Part shown: positions 52,398-64,000 of the stretch, piece by piece
How positions within the stretch are numbered: position 1 is the stretch's first letter
Layout of the letters: each line of letters opens with the position of its first letter
Origin: Polyangiaceae bacterium LLY-WYZ-15_(1-7)
GTDB taxonomy: Bacteria; Myxococcota_A; Polyangia; Polyangiales; Houyiibacteriaceae
Assembly: GCA_031800675.1 (NCBI GenBank)
Contig: DAPKRU010000165.1
Coordinates: forward strand, 790-64,789
Direction: 5' to 3'
Length of the DNA stretch: 64,000 nucleotides
Notes under the pieces: model-generated
What the model saw: the letters and a program-made list of their open reading frames with translations, nothing else
Told to the model about the DNA's origin: nothing
Databases searched by the model: none
Made by a program: the position numbers and the translations under genes

Positions 52398-53231
52398 TCA
52401 GCGCGCGGCGCGGAGGGCGACGAGTGTGCCGCAGCCGCCGTTGGCTTCGACGCGGGCCTGCGAGCTCATGCGCACGCGGAGGCCGGCGTCGCTCAGGCGC
52501 GCGTAGAGGGCCTCGTAGCGAGCGCGGGAGATCGGCTGAGCGTCCGAGGTGGGCACCGGGTTGTAAGCGTAGAGGTGCACGGCGAGGCCGAGCGGGGCGA
52601 AGCGCGCGGCGAAGGCGTCGACCTCCGCGTCGACGTCATTCTCGCCGGCGAGGACGAGGTAGGCGAGGGCGAGCTTCTTCTTGCGGCGGCGCGAGAGCTC
52701 GGGGAGGGCGGCGCGGAGCGTGGCGACGAGCTCGGCGAGGGAGGGGCCGCGCGGAACGAGGCGCGCGCGGGTCGGCTCGCGGCCGGCGTGCACCGAGAGG
52801 GTGAGCCCGTTGTGGGGGACGTCGCGGAGCCAGCGCTCGAGGCGGCGGAGTGGGCCGCCGCTGGTGGTGAGGCTGGCGGGCGTGCCGCGCTCCTTGGCCC
52901 AGGCGACGAAGCGCGGCGCGTCGGGGGCGTGGAGGGGCTCGCCGACGCCGGAGAGGGTGAGCCGGCGGAGCGGGCCGTGGCGGGCCTCGACGGCCTCGAC
53001 CTGGCCGACGAGCTCCTCGAAGCGGAGCGGCCGCTGGAGGCCCTGCGCGCCGGAGGCGCAGAAGGGGCAGCCGACGGCGCAGCCGACCTGGGAGGAGACG
53101 CAGAGCGTGTCGCCCCGGTAGAGGACGGCTTCGACGCGTGCGCCGTCCGCGAGGCGCACGCCGAAGCGCCGGTTGAAGCGGCTGACCTCTTCGGACTCGA
53201 GGGTGAGGGGGGGCACGGGCAGGGGGGGCAC
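52398..53231 (-). CDS. RlmN/Cfr-family radical SAM methyltransferase, short form
   Basis: TLCVSSQVGCAVGCPFC combines the CxxxCxxC cluster with the upstream Cys. LSGVGEPL, LTLSVHA and the C-terminal GGCGTL Cys are also present. At 277 aa it lacks the usual N-terminal accessory domain. GTG start. Confidence 0.78.
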   Translation of the reverse strand: MPPLPVPPLTLESEEVSRFNRRFGVRLADGARVEAVLYRGDTLCVSSQVGCAVGCPFCASGAQGLQRPLRFEELVGQVEAVEARHGPLRRLTLSGVGEPLHAPDAPRFVAWAKERGTPASLTTSGGPLRRLERWLRDVPHNGLTLSVHAGREPTRARLVPRGPSLAELVATLRAALPELSRRRKKKLALAYLVLAGENDVDAEVDAFAARFAPLGLAVHLYAYNPVPTSDAQPISRARYEALYARLSDAGLRVRMSSQARVEANGGCGTLVALRAAR

Positions 53232-53380
53232 GGGAGGGGAGGAGAGATAGCAGGTGGAGGCCGAAGGGGCTCGGAGAGGAGCCCTGCCGGATCAGGAGGC
53301 CCGAGAGCAACCCGTGCCCGTGCCCTTGCCCTTGCCCGTGCCCGTCGGAGCAGGAGGCCGTCGAGAAGAGCGCGAGCCCC

Positions 53381-53586
53381 CAGCGTCAGCGCCAGCTGAA
53401 GCGTCAGCCCGAGCCGAAGCGTCCGCGGCAGCCGAAGCGTCAGCGCCAGCTGAAGCGTCAGCCCGAGCCCAAGCGTCGGCGCCAGCCGAAAGCGCCAGCG
53501 TCAGCCGAAAGCGTCAGCCCAAGCTGAAGCGTCAGCCCGAGCTGAAGCGTCAGCCCGAGCCGAAGCGTCAGCCCGAGCTCCAGCGA
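53381..53586. repeat. 18-bp minisatellite, about 11 contiguous units (consensus GAAGCGTCAGCCCGAGCY)
   Basis: Head-to-tail units read directly with no spacers. The last three units are near-perfect and earlier ones are more diverged. Confidence 0.85.
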
Positions 53587-53624
53587 GGCGCGGAGCACCA
53601 CCGAGAGCCGGAGCCGCGGCGGAC

Positions 53625-54216
53625 CTCACGGCCGCGCGCCCCCGCGCGGCGCGGCTCCGAGTGTCCGCCTCGAAGCGCCGGCGCGAGGGGTCGAAAGAGC
53701 GACTCGGCGGCTCCTGGACGACGACCGCCGCGACGCGGCTCGCCGCCTCACGGCTGGGGGAGCGCCCCCATGTCTGCCCCGTAGCCCGGCCCCACGGAGC
53801 CGCCCTCGTGCAGCCACGAAGAACCGACCCGTGTGACGCCGCGGCCACGCGGCGCCGAGCGGCCCACGGCCGCGCTGGTAAGCCAAAGAGAGCGAGCGAA
53901 GCGAGCGGAAGCCGCCACGCGGCGCCAAGCGGCCCACGGCCGCGCTCCCCCGCGCGGCGCGGCTCGGAGCGTCCGCCTCGAAGCGCCGCAGAGAGGGGTC
54001 GAAAGAGCGACTCGGCGGCTCCTGGACGACGACCGCCGCGACGCGGCTCGCCGCCTCACGGCTGGGGGAGCGCCCCCATGTCCGCCCCGTCGCCCGGCCC
54101 CACGGAGCCGCCCTCGTGCACCGCCAAAGACCCGCGTCCTGTGACGCCGCGGCCACGCGGCGCCGAGCGGCCCACGGCCGCGCTGGTAAGCCAAAGAGAG
54201 CGAGCGAAGCGAGCGG
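53625..54216. repeat. Tandem duplication of a ~308-bp noncoding unit
   Basis: tcgaaagagc occurs at 53691 and 53999, giving a 308-bp period. Blocks of ~88 and ~77 nt are identical between the copies, separated by a short diverged patch. Confidence 0.85.
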
Positions 54217-54240
54217 GAATGGCGCGCGCAGCGCCCAGAT

Positions 54241-56040
54241 CTACCCGTGCACGAAGGGGAGGTACTCCGGCTTCCAGAAGCGCTCGGCCACGTACGCGCG
54301 GAGCGTCTCCGCGTCCTCGGTCGGCAGGTCGTCCCGGCCCGCCACCCCGTCCTTCACGGCCTGGGCGACCACCGCCGCCGCGACGCGCTTCGACGTCTCC
54401 TGCAGGTCCTCGATGGGCGGGTAGATCAGCCCCTCGCCCACGTGCTCCTCGGCCGTGTACTCGGCCAGCGCCCAGGCCGCCGCGCGCACCATGCCGTCGG
54501 TGATCTTCGACGCCTCGCTGAGGATCGCGCCGAAGCCGAGGCCCGGGAAGACGAAGGCGTTGTTCCCCTGGCCGATGGGCACGACCTTCCCCTGGAAGCG
54601 CACCTCCCCGAAGGGCGAGCCGGTCGCCACGATCGCCTTCCCCTCGGTCCACGCGAGCACCTCCGCCGGGTGCGCCTCGCTGTTCGCCGTCGGGTTCGAG
54701 AGCGGGAACACGATCGGCCGCTCGGTGTTCTGCGCCACCGCCTGCACCACCGCCTCGTCGAAGGCCCCGGCCCGCCCGCTCAGCCCGAGCAGCACGGTCG
54801 CGCCGCCTTCGCAGATCGTCTCGAGCAGGTCCGGCGCGTTCCCCTCGAAGCGCCAGTCCGCCACCCGCGAGGCCGGCTGCGCGAAGGGCTTCTTGTAGCC
54901 CTCCATGCTCCGCCCCTCGAGGAGCAGCCCCTTCGAGTCCAGCACGAAGACCTTCGCCCGCGCCTCCGCCTCGCTCAGCCCGCTCGTCACCAGCCCGTCG
55001 ACGATCGCGTCCGCCACGCCGATGCCACCGGCGCCCGCGCCGTGGATCACGAAGGTCTGGTCCGTCAGCGCCTCGCCCTTCAGCCGGCACGCGCTCAGGA
55101 CGCCCGCGAGCGCCACCGCGCCCGTCCCCTGGATGTCGTCGTTGAAGCTCGGGACCACGTCCCGGTAGCGCTCGAGCACCTCGAAGGCGGCCTGCTTCGA
55201 CAGGTCCTCCCACTGGATCACCGCGTTCGGCCAGCGGTGCCGGATCGCGTCGATGAACTTGTCGAGGAACTCCTCGTACTCGGGCCCCTTCAGCCGCCGC
55301 TGGCGCACGCCGAGGTAGCGGGGGTCGTTGATCAGGTCGATGCGCTCCGTGCCCACGTCGAGGGCCACGGGCATCGTGTGGAAGGGGCTCACGCCGCCGC
55401 CCACCGTGTAGAGCGCGAGCTTGCCGATGGGGATCGCCAGGCCGCCGTAGCCCTGGTCGCCGATGCCGAGGATCGCCGAGCTGTCGGTCACGACGATCAT
55501 GCGCACGTCTTCCATCGGGTAGCCCTCGACGGTGCGGGCGGCGCGGTCGATGTTGATCGGCGAGAAGCTCAGGCCCCGCGGGTTCTCGTAGAGGTGGCTG
55601 AAGCGCTGCACCGCCTTGCCGACCGTCGGCGTGTAGACGATGGGCATCATCTCCTCGAGGTGCGCGTCGAGGAGCCCGTAGAAGAGCACCTCCTGCCGCT
55701 CCTGGAGCGCGCGCAGGTACTGGTACTTCGCGATGTCCGAGGGCGCCCGGCAGAACCCCTGGTAGACGCGCTCCACCTGCTGCTCGAGGCTCTCCACCTG
55801 CGGCGGGAGCAGCCCGTCGAGCTTCAGCGCGATGCGCTCCTCCTGCGTGAAGGCCGTGCCCTTGTTCGTCAGCACCAGCCGGAGGAGCGCGATGCCCTCG
55901 AGGTAGACCTCGAGGTACTTCCGCCCGCTCTCGTCCTTCTTCAGGTCGAAGTAGGGCGTGATCGGCCGCTCGCGCTGGGGCCGGTCGCTCGTCTTCGTCG
56001 GCACCGCCTCGTGCCGCGTCTCGCTCGTCGTCGCGCTCAT
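54241..56040 (-). CDS. maeA: NAD(P)-dependent malic enzyme (full-length ME type)
   Basis: 599 aa from the ATG at 56040. [49 protein letters not shown] and FPLSNPT are present. Confidence 0.93.
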   Translation of the reverse strand: MSATTSETRHEAVPTKTSDRPQRERPITPYFDLKKDESGRKYLEVYLEGIALLRLVLTNKGTAFTQEERIALKLDGLLPPQVESLEQQVERVYQGFCRAPSDIAKYQYLRALQERQEVLFYGLLDAHLEEMMPIVYTPTVGKAVQRFSHLYENPRGLSFSPINIDRAARTVEGYPMEDVRMIVVTDSSAILGIGDQGYGGLAIPIGKLALYTVGGGVSPFHTMPVALDVGTERIDLINDPRYLGVRQRRLKGPEYEEFLDKFIDAIRHRWPNAVIQWEDLSKQAAFEVLERYRDVVPSFNDDIQGTGAVALAGVLSACRLKGEALTDQTFVIHGAGAGGIGVADAIVDGLVTSGLSEAEARAKVFVLDSKGLLLEGRSMEGYKKPFAQPASRVADWRFEGNAPDLLETICEGGATVLLGLSGRAGAFDEAVVQAVAQNTERPIVFPLSNPTANSEAHPAEVLAWTEGKAIVATGSPFGEVRFQGKVVPIGQGNNAFVFPGLGFGAILSEASKITDGMVRAAAWALAEYTAEEHVGEGLIYPPIEDLQETSKRVAAAVVAQAVKDGVAGRDDLPTEDAETLRAYVAERFWKPEYLPFVHG

Positions 56041-57107
56041 CGCTCGCCCTCGCCGATCTTCGCGGCGACCGCGTCGCCCATCTCGCTCGTCCCCGCCTCG
56101 CCGCCGAGGTCGCGCGGCCGGAGCCCGTCCGCGAGCACGGCGCTCACGGCCTCCTCGATGGCCTTCGCCTCGGCCTCGAGCGCGAGGTCGTGCCGGAGCA
56201 GCATCGCCGCGCTGAGGATGGTCGCCAGCGGGTTCGCCACGCCCTTCCCCGCGATGTCCGGGGCCGAGCCGTGGATCGGCTCGTAGAGGCCCGGGCCGCT
56301 CCCGTCGCCGAGGCTGGCGCTCGGCAAGAGGCCCAGCGTGCCCGTGAGCACGGCGCCCTCGTCGCTGAGGATGTCGCCGAACATGTTGCCGGCGACCACC
56401 ACGTCGAAGCGCGCGGGCTCGGTGACCAGGCGCATGGCCATGGAGTCGACGAGCTGGTGCTCGAGGGTGATCTCCGGATGCGCCGCGGCGACGTCGCTCG
56501 CGACCTTCCGCCACAGGCGCATGGACGCGAGCACGTTCGCCTTGTCGATGCTCGTCACGTGGCCCTTCCGCCCGGCGGCGAGCGTGCAGGCGAGCTCGAC
56601 GATGCGCTTCACCTCGGGCGCCGTGTAGACCAGCGTGTCGAGGGCCTCCTCCGTGCCCTCCTCGCGCGGGGCGCCGAAGTAGATGCCGCCGGTCAGCTCG
56701 CGCACGAAGAGGAGGTCCACGCCCGCGATGCGCTCGCGCCTCAGCGGCGAGGCGTCCTCGAGGCCCGGGAAGGCCTTCACCGGGCGGAGGTTCGCGAAGA
56801 GCCCCAGCGCCTTGCGGATCTGGAGCAGCCCCTGCTCGGGGCGCACCTTCGCCGTCGGGTCGTCCCACTTCGGCCCGCCGACGGCGCCGAGGAGGATGGC
56901 GTCGCTCGCCCGGCAGAGCGCGAGCGTCTCCTCGGGGAGGGGCGCGCCGGTCTGGTCGATGGCCGCGCCGCCGATGGGCGCCTCGCTCATCTCGAAGCCG
57001 TGCCCGAAGCGCTCGCCCACGGCCTCGAGGGCCTTCACCGCCTCGGCGACGATCTCCGGGCCGATGCCGTCGCCCGGCAGGAGCGCGATCTTCTTGGTGC
57101 CGTTCAC
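56037..57107 (-). CDS. leuB: 3-isopropylmalate dehydrogenase
   Basis: [23 protein letters not shown] and [13 protein letters not shown] start with GAGGAAGA upstream. Its stop overlaps the maeA ATG (ATGA). Confidence 0.95.
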   Translation of the reverse strand: MNGTKKIALLPGDGIGPEIVAEAVKALEAVGERFGHGFEMSEAPIGGAAIDQTGAPLPEETLALCRASDAILLGAVGGPKWDDPTAKVRPEQGLLQIRKALGLFANLRPVKAFPGLEDASPLRRERIAGVDLLFVRELTGGIYFGAPREEGTEEALDTLVYTAPEVKRIVELACTLAAGRKGHVTSIDKANVLASMRLWRKVASDVAAAHPEITLEHQLVDSMAMRLVTEPARFDVVVAGNMFGDILSDEGAVLTGTLGLLPSASLGDGSGPGLYEPIHGSAPDIAGKGVANPLATILSAAMLLRHDLALEAEAKAIEEAVSAVLADGLRPRDLGGEAGTSEMGDAVAAKIGEGER

Positions 57108-57169
57108 TCTTCCTCTTCTCCGCGGCCCGCGGCCGCGCGTGCTCTCCTACGCGATTCGAGCGTGGGCGT

Positions 57170-57224
57170 CAGCTCTTCGGCGCCTGCTCTCGGCGTCCGC
57201 TCTTCGGTGTCCGCTCTTCGGCGC
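57170..57224. repeat. 13-14-bp tandem repeat x4 (ccGCTCTTCGGygy)
   Basis: Units at 57170, 57184, 57197 and 57211, in the cimA-leuB spacer. Confidence 0.8.
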
Positions 57225-57270
57225 GTCGCCTCGGGCCTCCGCCACGCTCTCGCCCGCGCCCGGTCGCCCC

Positions 57271-58888
<1,618 letters not shown>

Positions 58889-58896
<8 letters not shown>

Positions 58897-59476
58897 GGCG
58901 CGCCTCGTGGGCGGCGATGGCGTCCTCGAAGCCGAGCAGGTAGCCGAGCTCGTCGACGCCCTGGAGCAGGCAGTGCTTCGAGAAGGGGTCGAGGGGGAAC
59001 TCGACGACCTCGCCGCCCGGGAGCGTGAGGGTCTGCGCCGCGACGTCGATGGAGACGGTCGCCGCCGGGTCCGCCTCGAGGGCCGCGGCGAGCGCGGCGT
59101 GGGCCTCGGCGTCCACGGGGATCGGCAGGAGGCCGTTCTTCAGGGCGTTCCCCTGGAAGATGTCTGCGAAGGAGCGGGCGACGATGGCCTTGAAGCCCCA
59201 GTCGACGAGCGCCCAGGGGGCGTGCTCGCGCGACGAGCCCGAGCCGAAGTTCGCGCCGGCGAGGAGCACCTGCGCGCCCTGGTGCCGGGGCTGGTTGAGG
59301 ACGAAGTCGGGCTTCGGCGAGCCGTCGGCCTCGTAGCGCCAGTCGGCGAAGAGGCGCTCGCCGAGCCCCTCCTTGTCCGTGACCTTGAGGAAGCGCGCCG
59401 GGATGATCTGGTCGGTGTCGACGTTGTCGGCGACCAGCGGGACGACGCGGCTCTCGAGCTTCTCGAAGGGCTCCAT
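58889..59476 (-). CDS. leuD: 3-isopropylmalate dehydratase small subunit
   Basis: 195 aa with [13 protein letters not shown] and [17 protein letters not shown]. Confidence 0.93.
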
Positions 59477-59547
59477 GGGGGCTCTCTCGATTCGGTGCTT
59501 GCGGGGAAGAAGGTTCGCGGGAGGAGGGGGAGGGGGGCCGCGCCGGC

Positions 59548-60981
59548 TCAGCCGAGGAGCGTGCGCGGGTCGGTGATCCGGCCGGTCACGGCGGCGGCGG
59601 CGGCGGTCGGCGGCGAGGCGAGGAAGGTGCGCCCGCCCTTGCCCTGCCGGCCCTCGAAGTTGCGGTTCGACGTGCTCACGGCGTACTGGCCGGGCGAGAG
59701 CTGGTCGCCGTTCATGGCGATGCACATGGAGCAGCCGGGCTCGCGCCACTCGGCGCCGGCCTCGCGGAAGATGCGGTCGAGTCCCTCGGCCTCGGCCTGC
59801 TTCTTCACCTCGTGGCTGCCGGGCACGACCAGCGCGCGCATGCCCGCGGGGACCTTGCGCCCCTCGAAGATGCGCGCCGCGTCGCGCAGATCGCTCATGC
59901 GCGAGTTGGTGCAGGAGCCGATGAAGACCACGTCGATCTTCTGCCCGAGGAGCGGCTTGCCGGGCGCGAGCTCCATGTAGCGGAGCGCCTTCTCGAGCGC
60001 GGCCTTCTCCTGCGCGTCGCCGACGCTCGAGGGGTCCGGCACGGCCTCGCCGATGCCCACGCCCATGCCCGGGTTCGTGCCCCAGGTCAGGCGCGGCTCG
60101 AGGGCGCTCGCGTCGATCGCCAGCTCCCGATCGAAGACCGCGCCCTCGTCCGAGGGGAGCTGCCGCCAGCGCTCCACGGCCGCCGCCCAGGCCTCGCCCT
60201 TCGGCGCCCGCGGCCGCCCCTCGAGCCAGGCGAAGGTCTTCTCGTCGGGGGCGATCAGCCCGGCCTTCGCGCCGGCCTCGATGCTCATGTTGCAGACGGT
60301 CATCCGCCCCTCCATGTCGAGGTCGCGGATGGCGCTCCCGGCGTACTCGAGCACGTGCCCCGTCGCGCCGCCGGTGCCGATGCGCGCGATGAGCGCGAGC
60401 ACGAGATCCTTCGCCGTCACGCCCGCCGCGAGCTGCCCGTCGAGGGTCACGCGGAAGGTCTTGGGGCGCCGCTGGAGCAGGCACTGGCTCGCGAGCACGT
60501 GCTCCACCTGCGAGGTGCCGATGCCGAAGGCGAGCGCGCCGAAGGCGCCGTGCGTCGAGGTGTGGCTGTCGCCGCAGACGATGGTCATGCCCGGCTGGGT
60601 GAGCCCCTGCTCGGGCCCGACGACGTGGACGATGCCGTTGCGTGGATCGCCGAGCGCGAAGAGCTCGATGCCGAAGGCCTCGCAGTTCGCCCGGAGCTTC
60701 TCGAGCTGCGCCGCGGACTGCTCGTCGACGATCGGCAGCGAGCCGTCGGCCCGCCGCAGGGTCGGCGTCGAGTGGTCCATGGTCGCGACGGTCCGGTCCG
60801 GCCGCCGCACCTTCAGGCCGCGCTTCTCGAGCCCGGCGAAGGCCTGCGGCGAGGTGACCTCGTGGATGAGGTGGAGGTCGACGTAGAGGACCGCCGGCCG
60901 CTCCGGCTCCCGGGCGACGACGTGCGACTCCCAGATCTTCTCGAAGAGGGTCTTGCCGGCGCTCTCGTGACTCGTGCCCAT
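59548..60981 (-). CDS. leuC: 3-isopropylmalate dehydratase large subunit
   Basis: 477 aa. [28 protein letters not shown] and GSCTNSR...[10 protein letters not shown] (aconitase-type Fe-S ligands). Confidence 0.95.
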   Translation of the reverse strand: MGTSHESAGKTLFEKIWESHVVAREPERPAVLYVDLHLIHEVTSPQAFAGLEKRGLKVRRPDRTVATMDHSTPTLRRADGSLPIVDEQSAAQLEKLRANCEAFGIELFALGDPRNGIVHVVGPEQGLTQPGMTIVCGDSHTSTHGAFGALAFGIGTSQVEHVLASQCLLQRRPKTFRVTLDGQLAAGVTAKDLVLALIARIGTGGATGHVLEYAGSAIRDLDMEGRMTVCNMSIEAGAKAGLIAPDEKTFAWLEGRPRAPKGEAWAAAVERWRQLPSDEGAVFDRELAIDASALEPRLTWGTNPGMGVGIGEAVPDPSSVGDAQEKAALEKALRYMELAPGKPLLGQKIDVVFIGSCTNSRMSDLRDAARIFEGRKVPAGMRALVVPGSHEVKKQAEAEGLDRIFREAGAEWREPGCSMCIAMNGDQLSPGQYAVSTSNRNFEGRQGKGGRTFLASPPTAAAAAVTGRITDPRTLLG

Positions 60982-61000
60982 GGTTCGTCCCGCGCCGCCT

Positions 61001-62620
<1,620 letters not shown>

Positions 62621-62646
62621 AGCTCTCTCCTCGTGTTCTCGCTCGT

Positions 62647-62739
62647 GCTCTCGAAGGTCTGGCTCGAAGGTCTGGCTCGAAGGTCTCGTGGAAGGGTCCC
62701 GCTCGAAGGGTCCCGCTCGAAGGCCCGCTCGAGGGGCAC
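62647..62739. repeat. 12-15-bp tandem repeat x7 (GCTCGAAGG(g)TCyn) in the ilvC-leuA spacer
   Basis: Units start at 62647, 62662, 62675, 62688, 62701, 62715 and 62727. On the mRNA strand the recurring core is CCUUCGAGC. Confidence 0.85.
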
Positions 62740-62824
62740 GGGCGGCCGGGCGCGAGGCTCCCTCTCCGGCCGCTTCGGGGCGGCCTCCAGCCCATGAGGG
62801 AGCGCGCCCGCCGCGCCCGCGCGC

Positions 62825-63862
<1,038 letters not shown>

Positions 63863-63897
63863 TCAGAAAGATAGAGTCCGTCTCGTCTCGCGCGCGC

Positions 63898-64000
63898 TCA
63901 GGCGGCGCGCACCTTGCGCAGCTGCGGCCGCTCGGCGGCGCGCGTCATCGCGACCAGGCCCGTCTGGACCATCTCGAGGATGCCGAAGGGCTCGAGCACG
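63898..64000 (-). CDS. ilvN: Acetolactate synthase small (regulatory) subunit, C-terminal end (5' part outside the window)
   Basis: The minus frame reads ...VLEPFGILEMVQTGLVAMTRAAERPQLRKVRAA*, matching the IlvN/IlvH C-terminal pattern (FGI.E..RTG.vA..R). It sits upstream of ilvC. Confidence 0.65.
   Translation of the reverse strand, partial: VLEPFGILEMVQTGLVAMTRAAERPQLRKVRAA

Noticed and set aside
53381-53586. The 18-bp repeat array as a possible CRISPR locus.
   Set aside because: The units are contiguous with no unique spacers, 18 bp is too short for a CRISPR repeat, and there are no cas genes in the window.
53254-54503. Plus- and minus-strand ORFs through the 1-kb repeat gap (53254-53784, 53661-54503, 53501-53848, 53626-54156).
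   Set aside because: Their low-complexity Arg/Ala/Pro/Ser translations are dictated by the repeats. They have no signal, no motif and no consistent codon-position bias.
62621-62824. A leucine leader peptide or classic attenuator upstream of leuA.
   Set aside because: No short ORF with consecutive Leu codons exists in any frame. Only the tandem repeats and one hairpin are present.

Overview
The window is a very GC-rich bacterial chromosomal segment. Third codon positions are almost all G/C, though I did not compute the exact GC%. The many 'xxxCGG(D/G)' lipoprotein signals, Cys-rich secreted proteins and stacked histidine kinases suggest Myxococcota, but that is inference only.

Because stop codons are rare, the six-frame track is full of long spurious ORFs. 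I accepted a frame only when its protein had recognisable family motifs, or a clear signal peptide together with a G/C-dominated third codon position. I call 47 protein genes.

Housekeeping and metabolic genes:
- An ilvN-ilvC-leuA-leuC-leuD-cimA-leuB-maeA block.
- sucA, two acyl-CoA dehydrogenases, deoA, rnr, dus and hsp20.
- A prolyl oligopeptidase and a pirin.
- A TolC/MacA/MacB-type efflux set.

I saw no rRNA, tRNA, CRISPR array, transposase or integrase.

Observations worth following up, most interesting first:
1. A compact RiPP-type locus at 2021-6205. It has a DUF692 (MNIO) enzyme translationally coupled to a DUF2063 partner. An 88-aa secreted, possibly lipidated precursor precedes them; its core is built from EASCGGE repeats, with six Cys all in an SCG context. 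This is bufferin/methanobactin-like logic with an unusual repeat precursor.
2. A tightly overlapped five-gene operon at 36818-45028. It encodes a PilZ protein, a SAM methyltransferase, a V4R-like HK-REC-HK hybrid kinase, a REC-kinase lacking its phospho-acceptor His, and a REC-HK.
3. Two paralogous outer-membrane barrel-like proteins with acidic repeat N-termini, bracketing a ceramidase-like lipoprotein (13533-20410).
4. A 1-kb noncoding gap (53232-54240) holding an 18-bp minisatellite and a 308-bp tandem duplication.
5. A G-tract-rich direct repeat pair upstream of a Tat/lipobox pirin.
6. A recurring class of 12-15-nt (up to 24-nt) tandem repeats in intergenic spacers.
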